In this document: one piece after another, positions 20,363 to 29,590 of the stretch
How positions within the stretch are numbered: position 1 is the first letter of the stretch
Layout: each line of letters begins with the position of its first letter
Source of the DNA: a virus
Lineage: Duplodnaviria; Caudoviricetes
Virus record (IMG/VR): IMGVR_UViG_3300020414_002994
Coordinates: 1 to 49,252 of that record
Reading direction: 5' to 3' (one strand)
Length of the DNA: 49,252 nucleotides
The notes under the pieces: generated by a model
What the model saw: only the letters and a program-made list of their open reading frames with translations
What the model was told of the DNA's origin: nothing
Database searches by the model: none
Position numbers and translations under genes: made by a program

Positions 20363-22381
20363 ATGTCATCAGTAGAGTTATCGTTAAAAAAAGCAGGTTT
20401 GAGCAACGTAAATAACAAAGCAAGAGAAACTTTTAGTTCTAAGCCTGCAAATAAAATTAATATTCCTGAGATAAAAAACCTAAAGTGCTCTTTTGTCTAT
20501 AATTACTTTACAAGAGACGAAAGAGTACGCCCGGATAGTTTGGACTCGCGAGATAGAATATTAAAGCTAGACTCTTCTAATACAGATGAAATATTTTACA
20601 GGACTGTGAATGATAAACTAGCGAGATATGTAAAAATTGAATTCCTACCCCCCAACATTTCAAGCGATTTTTATGATATAGACATAAATATCAATTCACT
20701 CAATGTCAATATCGATCAAATAGTAAATAAAATAATTGTAGAAGGATCGACTCCTAACACGATATTTACTGGGACTGAAATAATAGACACAGGGAAAGAA
20801 AATAAGTTATATACAATGCTAAACGGATCTTTGTTTTTTATTGACGTTCCCGTAGAAAGAGAATCAAACCTAGGAGCGATATCCAAACTCTATGATGTCT
20901 TAGAAGAAAAAGGCGGACTTAAGGGTCAGGATAAGAAAATACTCAGAGAATCTTTTAAAAATATTATATCAGATGGTTATAGACTTTCTAGTACAGATGT
21001 ATCTCCCGAAATTGCCAAAACTGCTAATGACCCACTAGGTAAACAGTCTTTCTCAATTCAATTTAACAACTTGTTAATGTCTGAAGTAGTTGAATCAGCG
21101 ACAAGAATACCCGATACAGTTTTTCAGGATGAATTGAGATCTTTAAGAGAATTTTCAAGAGAAGTGCGCTCAGGGATATTGGGCCCGGGTAACATACCAC
21201 CTGCTCACACTTTTAGAGAAGCAGACTACGATTTAGAAGTTGATGCAGTTTCAGTTACAGCATTGCCAAGCACTAATTTAGATGAAAAAGAAATAAGTCA
21301 ATTGTACCCAGGATATCCTGAAATTAAATTTGTAGGTTACCTTGTAGAAAAATATGAAGTACTTCCTGATGAATCAACTGAATTTATTGGCAGGCGTTAT
21401 ATTAGCGGTCATAATTCATATTTCTCCATTGATTCAGAGGTAAGGTACGGTGGTGCTTATTTTTACAAGATAAGAACAGTGTGCAGAGTCAAGTTTATTG
21501 GAAATATTGACAATGAAGATGCTTCATTAAATCAACTTGGAATTGTAACAGCATTTATGGCATCGGAAGGTGTAATTAGTAATGTCTATTGTGAAGAAAT
21601 TATACCTCCACCAGCACCTAATGTCTTGAAGGCTAAATTTGATTTTGAAACGCTATTGCCTAAACTTTATTGGCAATTACCTGCAAACAAACAAAGGGAT
21701 ATAAAAAGATTTCAAATATTTAAAAGAATGACAGTTGAAGAGCCGTTCAAGCTTTTGAAAGAGTACAACTTTGATAATAGCGACATCAAAAGTGTGTCTT
21801 CAGAAATCATTCCTGACGAAGATATAATTTACATGAGACAACCAAAGACTTCTTTTATAGATCTGACTCACAAAGAAGGTGAGAAGCCAATTTATACGAT
21901 AGCATGCGTCGACGCTCATGGTATGACGTCAAATTATGGCCCACAGATAAAAGTTGAAAGAGACTTTTTGACAAACAAAGTTAAGCAAACTATTATCAGT
22001 AGAAAAGGAGCACCTAAACCGTATCCAAATCTTTACTTAAACGTTGATACTTTTCAAGACGCTATAAAGACAAGTAACTATGATAGAATGAGAATAATTT
22101 TCGATCCTGAGTATTATGATGTAGTATACAGTACGTTTGCGTCAGGAAAAGATAAAAAGTACAACATAACAACTGAAAAAACATTAAATTTTTTAGCAAT
22201 TGATCCAGATAAGTATAGATATAAGTTTCATTTTATAAACATAGATAATCAAAAAGATCAAACACTTGATGTGAAAGTTTTCTCGAAAGCATCACCTGCA
22301 GGTGTAGGCGAAGACGTGTTTAACGTCTCAGCTGCTAAGTTTTCAAAAAATAATGTAAGTTTCCAATACGGAGTAGAATAA
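20363..22381 (+). CDS. Fibronectin type III-like domain protein, 672 aa
   Basis: AGGAG RBS. FN3-like patterns 'GYLVEK...IDSEVRYGGAYFYKIRTV' and 'PPPAPNVL...LYWQLP...FQIFKR...FIDLT...YTIACVDAHGMTSNY'. Confidence 0.6.
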   Translation: MSSVELSLKKAGLSNVNNKARETFSSKPANKINIPEIKNLKCSFVYNYFTRDERVRPDSLDSRDRILKLDSSNTDEIFYRTVNDKLARYVKIEFLPPNISSDFYDIDININSLNVNIDQIVNKIIVEGSTPNTIFTGTEIIDTGKENKLYTMLNGSLFFIDVPVERESNLGAISKLYDVLEEKGGLKGQDKKILRESFKNIISDGYRLSSTDVSPEIAKTANDPLGKQSFSIQFNNLLMSEVVESATRIPDTVFQDELRSLREFSREVRSGILGPGNIPPAHTFREADYDLEVDAVSVTALPSTNLDEKEISQLYPGYPEIKFVGYLVEKYEVLPDESTEFIGRRYISGHNSYFSIDSEVRYGGAYFYKIRTVCRVKFIGNIDNEDASLNQLGIVTAFMASEGVISNVYCEEIIPPPAPNVLKAKFDFETLLPKLYWQLPANKQRDIKRFQIFKRMTVEEPFKLLKEYNFDNSDIKSVSSEIIPDEDIIYMRQPKTSFIDLTHKEGEKPIYTIACVDAHGMTSNYGPQIKVERDFLTNKVKQTIISRKGAPKPYPNLYLNVDTFQDAIKTSNYDRMRIIFDPEYYDVVYSTFASGKDKKYNITTEKTLNFLAIDPDKYRYKFHFINIDNQKDQTLDVKVFSKASPAGVGEDVFNVSAAKFSKNNVSFQYGVE

Positions 22382-22442
22382 AAAATTTACTGATAAACTT
22401 TTTAACAGTATATTTATTTAATAAGAATTACGGAGAAATAAG

Positions 22443-23147
22443 ATGGGTTTTTTAGATCATAGTACAAACAATATTATTGTGGATGCTGTATTGACTGACG
22501 CTGGTCGAAGAGCGTTAGCTAGAAATGATGGTTCTTTTCAAATTGCCATGTTTGCCTTAGGTGATGATGAAGTTGATTATGGCATCATTTCTAAGTTTGG
22601 TAGAAATGTTGGAAAAGAAAAAATTGAAAAAAATACACCAATTATTGAGGCATTAACTGCCGGGAGTCTGGCGTTAAAAAATAAACTTGTGACAATTGAC
22701 AATGAGTATGTTACCCATTTCCCGGCAATGACAATTAAGGCAGACTCTGACAGCACTGACAATGTCACAACATTCTCTAGAGCAGCTAACGGGATAAAGA
22801 CAAGAAATATATTGATTGACGTCCAGCCGGCGGCGGGTACACCTGAAATAGATCCACAATTGGTTGATAGTGCGTTTAGAATAGAAATGAACCACATTTT
22901 CTTGCAAATAGATAACGATCAACCGGATATTATTTATACAGATAATATTGCTGTATATGAAAGAGATGCGGTAGCTGGCAAGCTAAATATAGCAGCAACT
23001 TCCAACTTTAATATGTCGATAAAAGGAATTACAGACACTACTTTTAACATTTATTCATCAGGCAACTTTATTAAAACTTTTGTCAAAGTCACAGGCTTAA
23101 ATTCAGGCTTGTCAAAAACTTTTGAAGTAAGAATAAACAATAATTAA
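22443..23147 (+). CDS. Putative baseplate / tail-fibre-anchor structural protein, 234 aa
   Basis: GGAG RBS. N-terminal 'DAVLTDAGRRALA...FALGDDEVDY' resembles the LTxxGxxxLA start of fibre-anchor (DUF3751-like) domains. Confidence 0.6.
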   Translation: MGFLDHSTNNIIVDAVLTDAGRRALARNDGSFQIAMFALGDDEVDYGIISKFGRNVGKEKIEKNTPIIEALTAGSLALKNKLVTIDNEYVTHFPAMTIKADSDSTDNVTTFSRAANGIKTRNILIDVQPAAGTPEIDPQLVDSAFRIEMNHIFLQIDNDQPDIIYTDNIAVYERDAVAGKLNIAATSNFNMSIKGITDTTFNIYSSGNFIKTFVKVTGLNSGLSKTFEVRINNN

Positions 23148-23162
23148 TTTTAAAGGAAAAAA

Positions 23163-24365
23163 ATGAGTACATTTACAACTATAACCAGCGATGACATTAA
23201 AACAACAACATCTGTCCTTAATCAACTAGTTGATTTTGTTGAAGAAGATATATCCGGATCAAACACGCGTAAAAAATTTCAAGTCTTTGTTACTAGCTCT
23301 GCCACAAACGCAGTTACTTCATCTTTGTTTCACACTGTCTATGATCAAAACTTCGCCTTGCAAACAGCAAATGAATTATTTGATATGACCGTTGGTCTTT
23401 TTGAATCTTCAGCAACTGTTACAGGTTCACAAGGAAGTGTTACACAAGATAGCAATGGAAAGCTTTTATTCCCGTCTCAGTCATTAATGATGAGAGAAAA
23501 AATAAATATATACAAGCAGCATGCACAACTTCTTTTAGGTAATGCTGATTCAAGATTTACTGCACCTTTTACACAAGAAACAGTCACTGCTAACAATAAC
23601 GTTGATGAGGCTTTATTTATTAACTTCAAAAGACTTTTTGTGAGGGATGGAATAAAAAGAGAAACTTTTGCCATTAAAATGTTCCAAAGTTCTTCAAATG
23701 GACACGCAACAGATGCACACCCCAAAAATATAACAATCTCTACAGTTAATACAGCATCCGGTTCAGCAATCTTTACTGACGTGGGTTCATCCACTAGCAT
23801 TGAAAGATCATCTACAGGTGGTGATGTAGGTAATATTGTGAATGCTTCGAACACTAACGAAACAGTCGGTTTAATGTTCTATCAGCAAGGAATTGCTGTT
23901 TTTGATATGAAAAAAGTATTTCACGGATCGCAAATAATGACTGGCTCGGTTAAGTCAGTTGGAGCCAAAAGTACAACTCCTGTGTCAGGAGCATTTATTC
24001 CTCATTTTGTTGTATCTTCTTCTATTGATGATATTGTTGATCATATTGCTGAAACAAGATTTGGGAATGGTTCAAATACGACAATAACTTTTCAAAATAA
24101 TACAAAAATTAACTCGACGCTTTATTTCTGCCGAGCTACAGCAGATGAATATAATTACTCATCTAATCCATCTTACACAGATGCACAAGGTAGAATAAGA
24201 GTCATCGGAACAGGGCAAGAAGGTTTAGATAAGTCTTTTGCATTTGTAACAACAGTTGGGCTTTACGATGCCAACGAAGAATTACTAGCCGTTGCAAAAC
24301 TCAGTCGACCGGTAGAGAAAAATGATGAAAAAGATATGACATTCAGAGTCCGTCTAGACTTCTAA
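23163..24365 (+). CDS. Putative baseplate structural protein, 400 aa
   Basis: AAGGA RBS. C-terminal 'FVTTVGLYDANEELLAVAKLSRPVEK...FRVRLDF' resembles the C-terminal half of fibre-anchor/baseplate domains. Paralogous to 24374-26698. Confidence 0.6.
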   Translation: MSTFTTITSDDIKTTTSVLNQLVDFVEEDISGSNTRKKFQVFVTSSATNAVTSSLFHTVYDQNFALQTANELFDMTVGLFESSATVTGSQGSVTQDSNGKLLFPSQSLMMREKINIYKQHAQLLLGNADSRFTAPFTQETVTANNNVDEALFINFKRLFVRDGIKRETFAIKMFQSSSNGHATDAHPKNITISTVNTASGSAIFTDVGSSTSIERSSTGGDVGNIVNASNTNETVGLMFYQQGIAVFDMKKVFHGSQIMTGSVKSVGAKSTTPVSGAFIPHFVVSSSIDDIVDHIAETRFGNGSNTTITFQNNTKINSTLYFCRATADEYNYSSNPSYTDAQGRIRVIGTGQEGLDKSFAFVTTVGLYDANEELLAVAKLSRPVEKNDEKDMTFRVRLDF

Positions 24366-24373
24366 GGAAAAAA

Positions 24374-26698
24374 ATGTCATTTATTAAAATAGACAACAAT
24401 AATTTTGAGCACGTTTCACTTAATGTAAAACCTAGTGTGTCTTTTATTTCTTCTTCTGTGGGAGGTAGTGTATCAGGATCTTCTTATGTTGCACCTGTTA
24501 GATCTAAATGCTTGAAAGAAATTTACCCAAACACAAATGACCCAGAAGTAAAAGTAAATAGCCCGGACGTCGCTTTAACAACCCTTCAAAGCAATACAAT
24601 GTCTTACGGGTTGGCTAATTCATATTTGTCTAGTGTCAATAATGCCAACAAGATAGAAAAGTTTACAAAAGTAATCGATATCTTTAGAATCGATCAACCT
24701 ATAGACTTCAATAAGAATAAAGTTGTAAAGAACGTTGTTAAAAATGTGATGATGAAAAGTCACCAACACCGGTACGATAATTGCAATTTTTCATACTCAA
24801 ATTATAACACTCTTAATTTTTTTACTTCAGCTACAATACCTACCGGATCAGCACTAATATATCCCAATAAAGAAGTTGGTGGGAAAGGTGTTTACGATCT
24901 GCCTCCTGAGTTTAGTGTAAACTTCTGGATTAATCCCAGGTATTCAGAGAAAGATGTATACCATGCCGGTACAATACTACATATGTCTTCGTCAATAGCC
25001 ATATCAATAGTTTCCGGATCAGATAGAGATAAATTTAATGAAATTAACAACTTTAAAATTTTAGTACAACTTAGCCAGAGTGCAGATACGCCTCCATCTA
25101 GTGTTTCTTTAAATAATCTGTCAACTAACTATCCAAATGACTTGATTTTTACATCATCACATTTTTTGACAAAAAACAATTGGCACCATGTTTGCGTTCA
25201 GTGGGGTGAAAAATATAATAACTCTTACGGATCGATAATTATTGATGAAAAAGAGTCTAGTTTTTATGTGCCTTCTTCTTCAGTGTCAGCAAATGCTAAC
25301 AATACAGCAGCGGGTATAGTTGTAGGTAATTTTTATGACGGAACTGTTAACAATCTGACTTATCTTTTAAATAGTGATATTGCTACGCAACAAGGTTTCA
25401 CTTCAATGATACCGGTGGGAGCATTACCTGTAGGCTTCCCTGTCAACAGAAGCAATACTTTTTCTCACCCACTACAAGCGGAAATTCATGAGCTAAAAAT
25501 ATACAATAAAACTTTAAACACAAAAAGTAATGTAGAATCAGAGTTTCAAATTCAGAAAAGAAAAGGGCCATCTAATTTTAATAATTTGATATTTTATGTT
25601 CCTCCCTTCTTTTATCCGGAAACAACAACAAGGGAAGTACTTAATACACCTTTCCAAAATATAACGAGTACAACTGATGATCCAATCAACGTTGGCTTTT
25701 CTTTTGGCCTAAATGGCAAATTAATCAACTTAGAAAATTTTACGCGTGAGTTTGTTGTGGGACAACAACCTAGACTTCTAGGACTTTTTCCAGAAATTAT
25801 AACATCGACGACACAGAACACAACAGTAGATGAGTTCATATATAACACCGGTTCTCATAAAAAAAGAAATATGACCATACTTCCCAATGACAACGGTTTA
25901 TTTAGTCCAAGTTATTATGCTTTAAGCTCATCACCAATGTCACAAAGTGCAAAATTCTTCTCTTCTGGAGACAACACACTAGGCGCTGCTGATTATGAAA
26001 TTATTTCTTTGGAAACATTAATACCTACTGCATCTTTGTTTCCGGGGTTAACTCAAGCAACCGGTTCAATATTCACACAAATCTTATCACAAAGCGCAAA
26101 TAATCCTGGTGTAAATAAAGGTCAAACGTTAACGATTGCGCAAAGAACCAAAGATGTCAGTAGTAATGAAGTAACAATTTTTGATATATCTAATCTTTAC
26201 TACGGTAACAGAATTCATCCGGGAAGTTTCACCCTTTATGAAAAAGACTTAACCGGTTCAGATGGTAAAATTAAAATAACGCTTAAAGACAATAAGCGTG
26301 GATCTCTTTATAGAGCAGATAGTTTAACTAAGCATGCAGAATGGAACAATGTAGGAACGATACTTTATGATGAAGGTATCGCGATGATAAAGTCACCACA
26401 TTTGTTATACTTTAACAGAGATGAGACAAACGTTTCTTTTAAGGGTGAGCAAAACATTCATACAATGATCTTAAATGTTCCTGCGTATAGAGAATTATTT
26501 ACGTCCTCTTCTAATCCTACGTGGGTGTCACTGCCTCCTAATAATGGAGTCAATGATGAAAATTTAAATAGTTTGTACATAACCACTGTTAACATTCATG
26601 ATGATAACTTTAATATTATAATGAAAGCAAACTTTGCTCAGCCAATTATGAAGACTGAGGAAGATGAATTTATTATAAGACTAAAAGAGGATTTTTAA
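24374..26698 (+). CDS. LamG-domain structural protein, 774 aa; C-terminus paralogous to 23163-24365
   Basis: LamG pattern 'FSVNFWINP...NNWHHVCVQW...IHELKIYNK'. C-terminal 'SSNPTW...YITTVNIHD...IMKANFAQPIMK...IIRLKEDF'. Confidence 0.65.
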   Translation: MSFIKIDNNNFEHVSLNVKPSVSFISSSVGGSVSGSSYVAPVRSKCLKEIYPNTNDPEVKVNSPDVALTTLQSNTMSYGLANSYLSSVNNANKIEKFTKVIDIFRIDQPIDFNKNKVVKNVVKNVMMKSHQHRYDNCNFSYSNYNTLNFFTSATIPTGSALIYPNKEVGGKGVYDLPPEFSVNFWINPRYSEKDVYHAGTILHMSSSIAISIVSGSDRDKFNEINNFKILVQLSQSADTPPSSVSLNNLSTNYPNDLIFTSSHFLTKNNWHHVCVQWGEKYNNSYGSIIIDEKESSFYVPSSSVSANANNTAAGIVVGNFYDGTVNNLTYLLNSDIATQQGFTSMIPVGALPVGFPVNRSNTFSHPLQAEIHELKIYNKTLNTKSNVESEFQIQKRKGPSNFNNLIFYVPPFFYPETTTREVLNTPFQNITSTTDDPINVGFSFGLNGKLINLENFTREFVVGQQPRLLGLFPEIITSTTQNTTVDEFIYNTGSHKKRNMTILPNDNGLFSPSYYALSSSPMSQSAKFFSSGDNTLGAADYEIISLETLIPTASLFPGLTQATGSIFTQILSQSANNPGVNKGQTLTIAQRTKDVSSNEVTIFDISNLYYGNRIHPGSFTLYEKDLTGSDGKIKITLKDNKRGSLYRADSLTKHAEWNNVGTILYDEGIAMIKSPHLLYFNRDETNVSFKGEQNIHTMILNVPAYRELFTSSSNPTWVSLPPNNGVNDENLNSLYITTVNIHDDNFNIIMKANFAQPIMKTEEDEFIIRLKEDF

Positions 26699-27237
26699 TG
26701 TTATTATCACTAGATATATCAACTAGCTGTACAGGATATTGTATTTTTAATGATCAGAATGAATTAGAATTAATGAGTTACATTGATTTGAAGAAACATA
26801 AAGACTTTTATGAAAAAGCTAAAGAAATTAAACGTGTAATGTCTAGAATTAATGAGGATTACGAAATTAAATATATAGCTGTTGAAGAAAATTTACAAGC
26901 ATTTAGACCCGGTTTGTCTTCTGCCAAGACACTAATGACATTAGCCCAATTTAATGGAACAGTTAGATGGATCTGTCATGAAATTTTTGGACTTAAGTCT
27001 GAAGCTATTAATGTTAATACAGCAAGAAAATCAGTTAATCTAAAGATTGATAAAAAAGATAAGTCTAAAACAACAAAAGAAAAAGTATTAGAGTGGGTAA
27101 TGAATGACAATCCTGAGCTAACATGGCCTACAAAAGTTCTTAAATCTGGTAGAAACAGAGGACAAGTGAGAAAACTTGATGCGTGTTACGACATGGCGGA
27201 TGCATATGTAATTGGTAGATCTTTTTTGATTTCTTAG
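26698..27237 (+). CDS. RuvC-like Holliday junction resolvase
   Basis: RNase H-fold acidic motifs 'LSLDISTSCTG', 'IAVEE' and 'DMADAYVIG'. TAATG-coupled start. Confidence 0.85.
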   Translation: MLLSLDISTSCTGYCIFNDQNELELMSYIDLKKHKDFYEKAKEIKRVMSRINEDYEIKYIAVEENLQAFRPGLSSAKTLMTLAQFNGTVRWICHEIFGLKSEAINVNTARKSVNLKIDKKDKSKTTKEKVLEWVMNDNPELTWPTKVLKSGRNRGQVRKLDACYDMADAYVIGRSFLIS

Positions 27238-27269
27238 ATATGTATAGACATCGACGAGGTATTTAAAAA

Positions 27270-28154
27270 ATGAAAATATCAAAACATCAACTTTATAAGA
27301 TTGTAAATCAATATCTAAACGAAGAAAAAAAACCAGTTGAGCAATCATACCCGGAAGAATTAGATCGATTAGTAAAAGTTTTTTCTGAAAATTCCGCTAG
27401 CCGACATGAAATAGTAGACGCAGCATATGATGCAGGTATTTTAGAAGGCGAAGCAATCAGCATAATTGACAGTTTAGAATATTACCTAAATAGCGGGAAA
27501 AATGCACCAACAGATAAAAAAAATCTAGAGATTGCAAAAGATTTAATTAGATACATGTGCAGAATATATGATGTCCCTGAAGATAGAAAATATCAAATTA
27601 TGAGCGCTTGGGAAAATTTTGGGCGCCACATCGTAAACCCGGCTTCACCTTTTGTAGCTGTCACACTACCATTTGGTATAATTGGAGTTAGTTTTTACAT
27701 GTTTTTAGCATTTGAGGCTGCCTGGGTTACAAATAGAGACTTATATTATAAACTCGCGGAATTTGATAAACATCTAATGCATATTTTAACATTAGGAGCA
27801 ACTTCCAATTTCGCTGAAAGTTTTTTAAGTCTTTGCAAACAAAATGCAGATAAATTAATTTTATATTCAACGCAAATGTACATTAAGCCTACGTCCCCAT
27901 TGAAAAAATCTTTCACCCACAAAAATGTAGTCTATAATCTGGACGGTAAAGAATCATCTATAACCGAAGCCAAAAATAATCTTAAAAGTGTAATTTATGA
28001 TATCAGTTTTGAATCAGCAAAGAAAACAATTATTAAGACAGCCAAAGATGTTCTATCCCAAGACCCAGGAGCATTACATAAAAAAGAAAGAGAATCAATT
28101 GAAAAAAGTGGCGGGACAACGGCAGCTAAATTTAATGTATTGGATAACTTGTAG
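27270..28154 (+). CDS. Hypothetical protein with shared N-terminal helix motif and one hydrophobic segment, 294 aa
   Basis: GAGGT RBS. N-terminus MKISKHQLYKIVNQYLNE. Hydrophobic stretch PFVAVTLPFGIIGVSFYMFLAF. Confidence 0.7.
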   Translation: MKISKHQLYKIVNQYLNEEKKPVEQSYPEELDRLVKVFSENSASRHEIVDAAYDAGILEGEAISIIDSLEYYLNSGKNAPTDKKNLEIAKDLIRYMCRIYDVPEDRKYQIMSAWENFGRHIVNPASPFVAVTLPFGIIGVSFYMFLAFEAAWVTNRDLYYKLAEFDKHLMHILTLGATSNFAESFLSLCKQNADKLILYSTQMYIKPTSPLKKSFTHKNVVYNLDGKESSITEAKNNLKSVIYDISFESAKKTIIKTAKDVLSQDPGALHKKERESIEKSGGTTAAKFNVLDNL

Positions 28155-28193
28155 TTTATCACATATGTATAATCAACATTAGGAGTTTAGATC

Positions 28194-28574
28194 ATGAAAA
28201 TTACAAGAAGACAATTAAGACGTTTAATAAACGAAGTAGTTGCAGGTGAAAGTGGAAATCGAACAGAATTTTCATCTGATGAGTGTGCCATGGCATTAGG
28301 CATCATAGACGATTATAGAGCAAATGCACTGGTCGTAGACTTACCACAAGACGGACTAGATTTCAAAGAAAAGCTAATTAACTGTGTTTTGACAAATAAA
28401 GGCTTAACACCCCAAGATCTGTCAGCAGAAGAAACACAAATGATGAATATGTGCTTAGACGATATTGGTAGCTCAAAACAAGACATGCTAGATTATGCTC
28501 ACCATGGTCGCAATATTGCAAAATATGGAACTGAGTCGGGGGAAAAATCGGCAATGCTCCTAAAACGAAAATAA
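28194..28574 (+). CDS. Hypothetical protein with shared N-terminal helix motif, 126 aa
   Basis: AGGAG RBS. N-terminus MKITRRQLRRLINE. Confidence 0.75.
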   Translation: MKITRRQLRRLINEVVAGESGNRTEFSSDECAMALGIIDDYRANALVVDLPQDGLDFKEKLINCVLTNKGLTPQDLSAEETQMMNMCLDDIGSSKQDMLDYAHHGRNIAKYGTESGEKSAMLLKRK

Positions 28575-28582
28575 CTTAAATT

Positions 28583-28610
28583 TATAAATTAAAGAGTTGT
28601 GGTATACAAT
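28583..28610 (+). promoter_or_regulatory. Putative sigma70-type promoter of the primase gene (degenerate copy of the cassette promoter)
   Basis: TATAAA-N16-TACAAT has the same 16-nt spacing as the four TGTAAC-N16-TATAAT promoters. ATG follows 6 nt after the -10 box. Confidence 0.45.
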
Positions 28611-28616
28611 TCCAAT

Positions 28617-29582
28617 ATGGAAATTGTTACAAAGCAGCAAAAAATTGATTTATTAGAGTCGGCCTTCGGCGAAAGTTTATTGTCAAACAGCGGAAAAAAT
28701 ATTTCTGTAGTATGTCCTGTATGTAAATCAAACAGCAGGAAGTCTAAAAAGAAAAAACTCTCAATCTGTCTGGACAAAGGTATATATCACTGCTGGGTCT
28801 GTGAAGCTAAGGGTAGAAACATAGCCAGTTTTGCAAACAAGTTTTCAAGTATTAGCAAGAATACTTTTACTGAATTGACCATTACTTTTAATTTAGAAGG
28901 ATTAGAGAACGAAATTAAAGAAGAAAAGGTAATTAAACTCCCTGATGACTTCTCTTTGCTGTGTTTTGACGATAGCAGACAAGCAAAGATCGCAAAGCGT
29001 TATCTGCACAAACGAGGTTGTACACCAGATGATTTAATTAAGTACAAAATAGGAATAAGTAACGATCCGGACTACATTAACAGAATTATAATTCCTTCAT
29101 TTTGCGAGAATATGAAGTTAAATTTTTTCTTATCACGCTCATATGATGAAAAAACGATTAGAAAGTATAAAAATTGCGATGCACAGAAAACAAAAATTAT
29201 ATTTAATGAGTATCTTATAGACTGGTCAATGCCTGTAACAGTAGTAGAAGGAGTTTTTGATGCAATTAAAGCAGGTGTCAATTCAATTCCTGTTTTAGGT
29301 AGTTGGATCGATGAAAACCACTACATTTTCCAAAAAATTGTACAAAATAAGACCCCTGTTGTACTTGGTATGGATCCGGATGCAATTGAAAAAACTATGA
29401 AAATAGCAAAAAATCTCGTTTCTTTCGGAAATGATGTAAAAATATGCAATCATACCGACACTGACTTCGGAGCAATGACAAAAGAAGAGGTAAAATATTA
29501 CATACAAAACGCCAAGAAATATGAATTATCTGATCGAATTACATATTTAATAAAGAATATTAGTTCAGGATCGATATTTTAG
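28617..29582 (+). CDS. DnaG-type DNA primase (Zn-binding domain + TOPRIM)
   Basis: 'CPVC...YHCWVC' Zn ribbon, 'RIIIPS', and TOPRIM motifs 'VVEGVFDA' and 'GMDPDA'. ATG 28617 preferred over GTG 28599. Confidence 0.88.
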   Translation: MEIVTKQQKIDLLESAFGESLLSNSGKNISVVCPVCKSNSRKSKKKKLSICLDKGIYHCWVCEAKGRNIASFANKFSSISKNTFTELTITFNLEGLENEIKEEKVIKLPDDFSLLCFDDSRQAKIAKRYLHKRGCTPDDLIKYKIGISNDPDYINRIIIPSFCENMKLNFFLSRSYDEKTIRKYKNCDAQKTKIIFNEYLIDWSMPVTVVEGVFDAIKAGVNSIPVLGSWIDENHYIFQKIVQNKTPVVLGMDPDAIEKTMKIAKNLVSFGNDVKICNHTDTDFGAMTKEEVKYYIQNAKKYELSDRITYLIKNISSGSIF

Positions 29583-29590
29583 GAGATATA

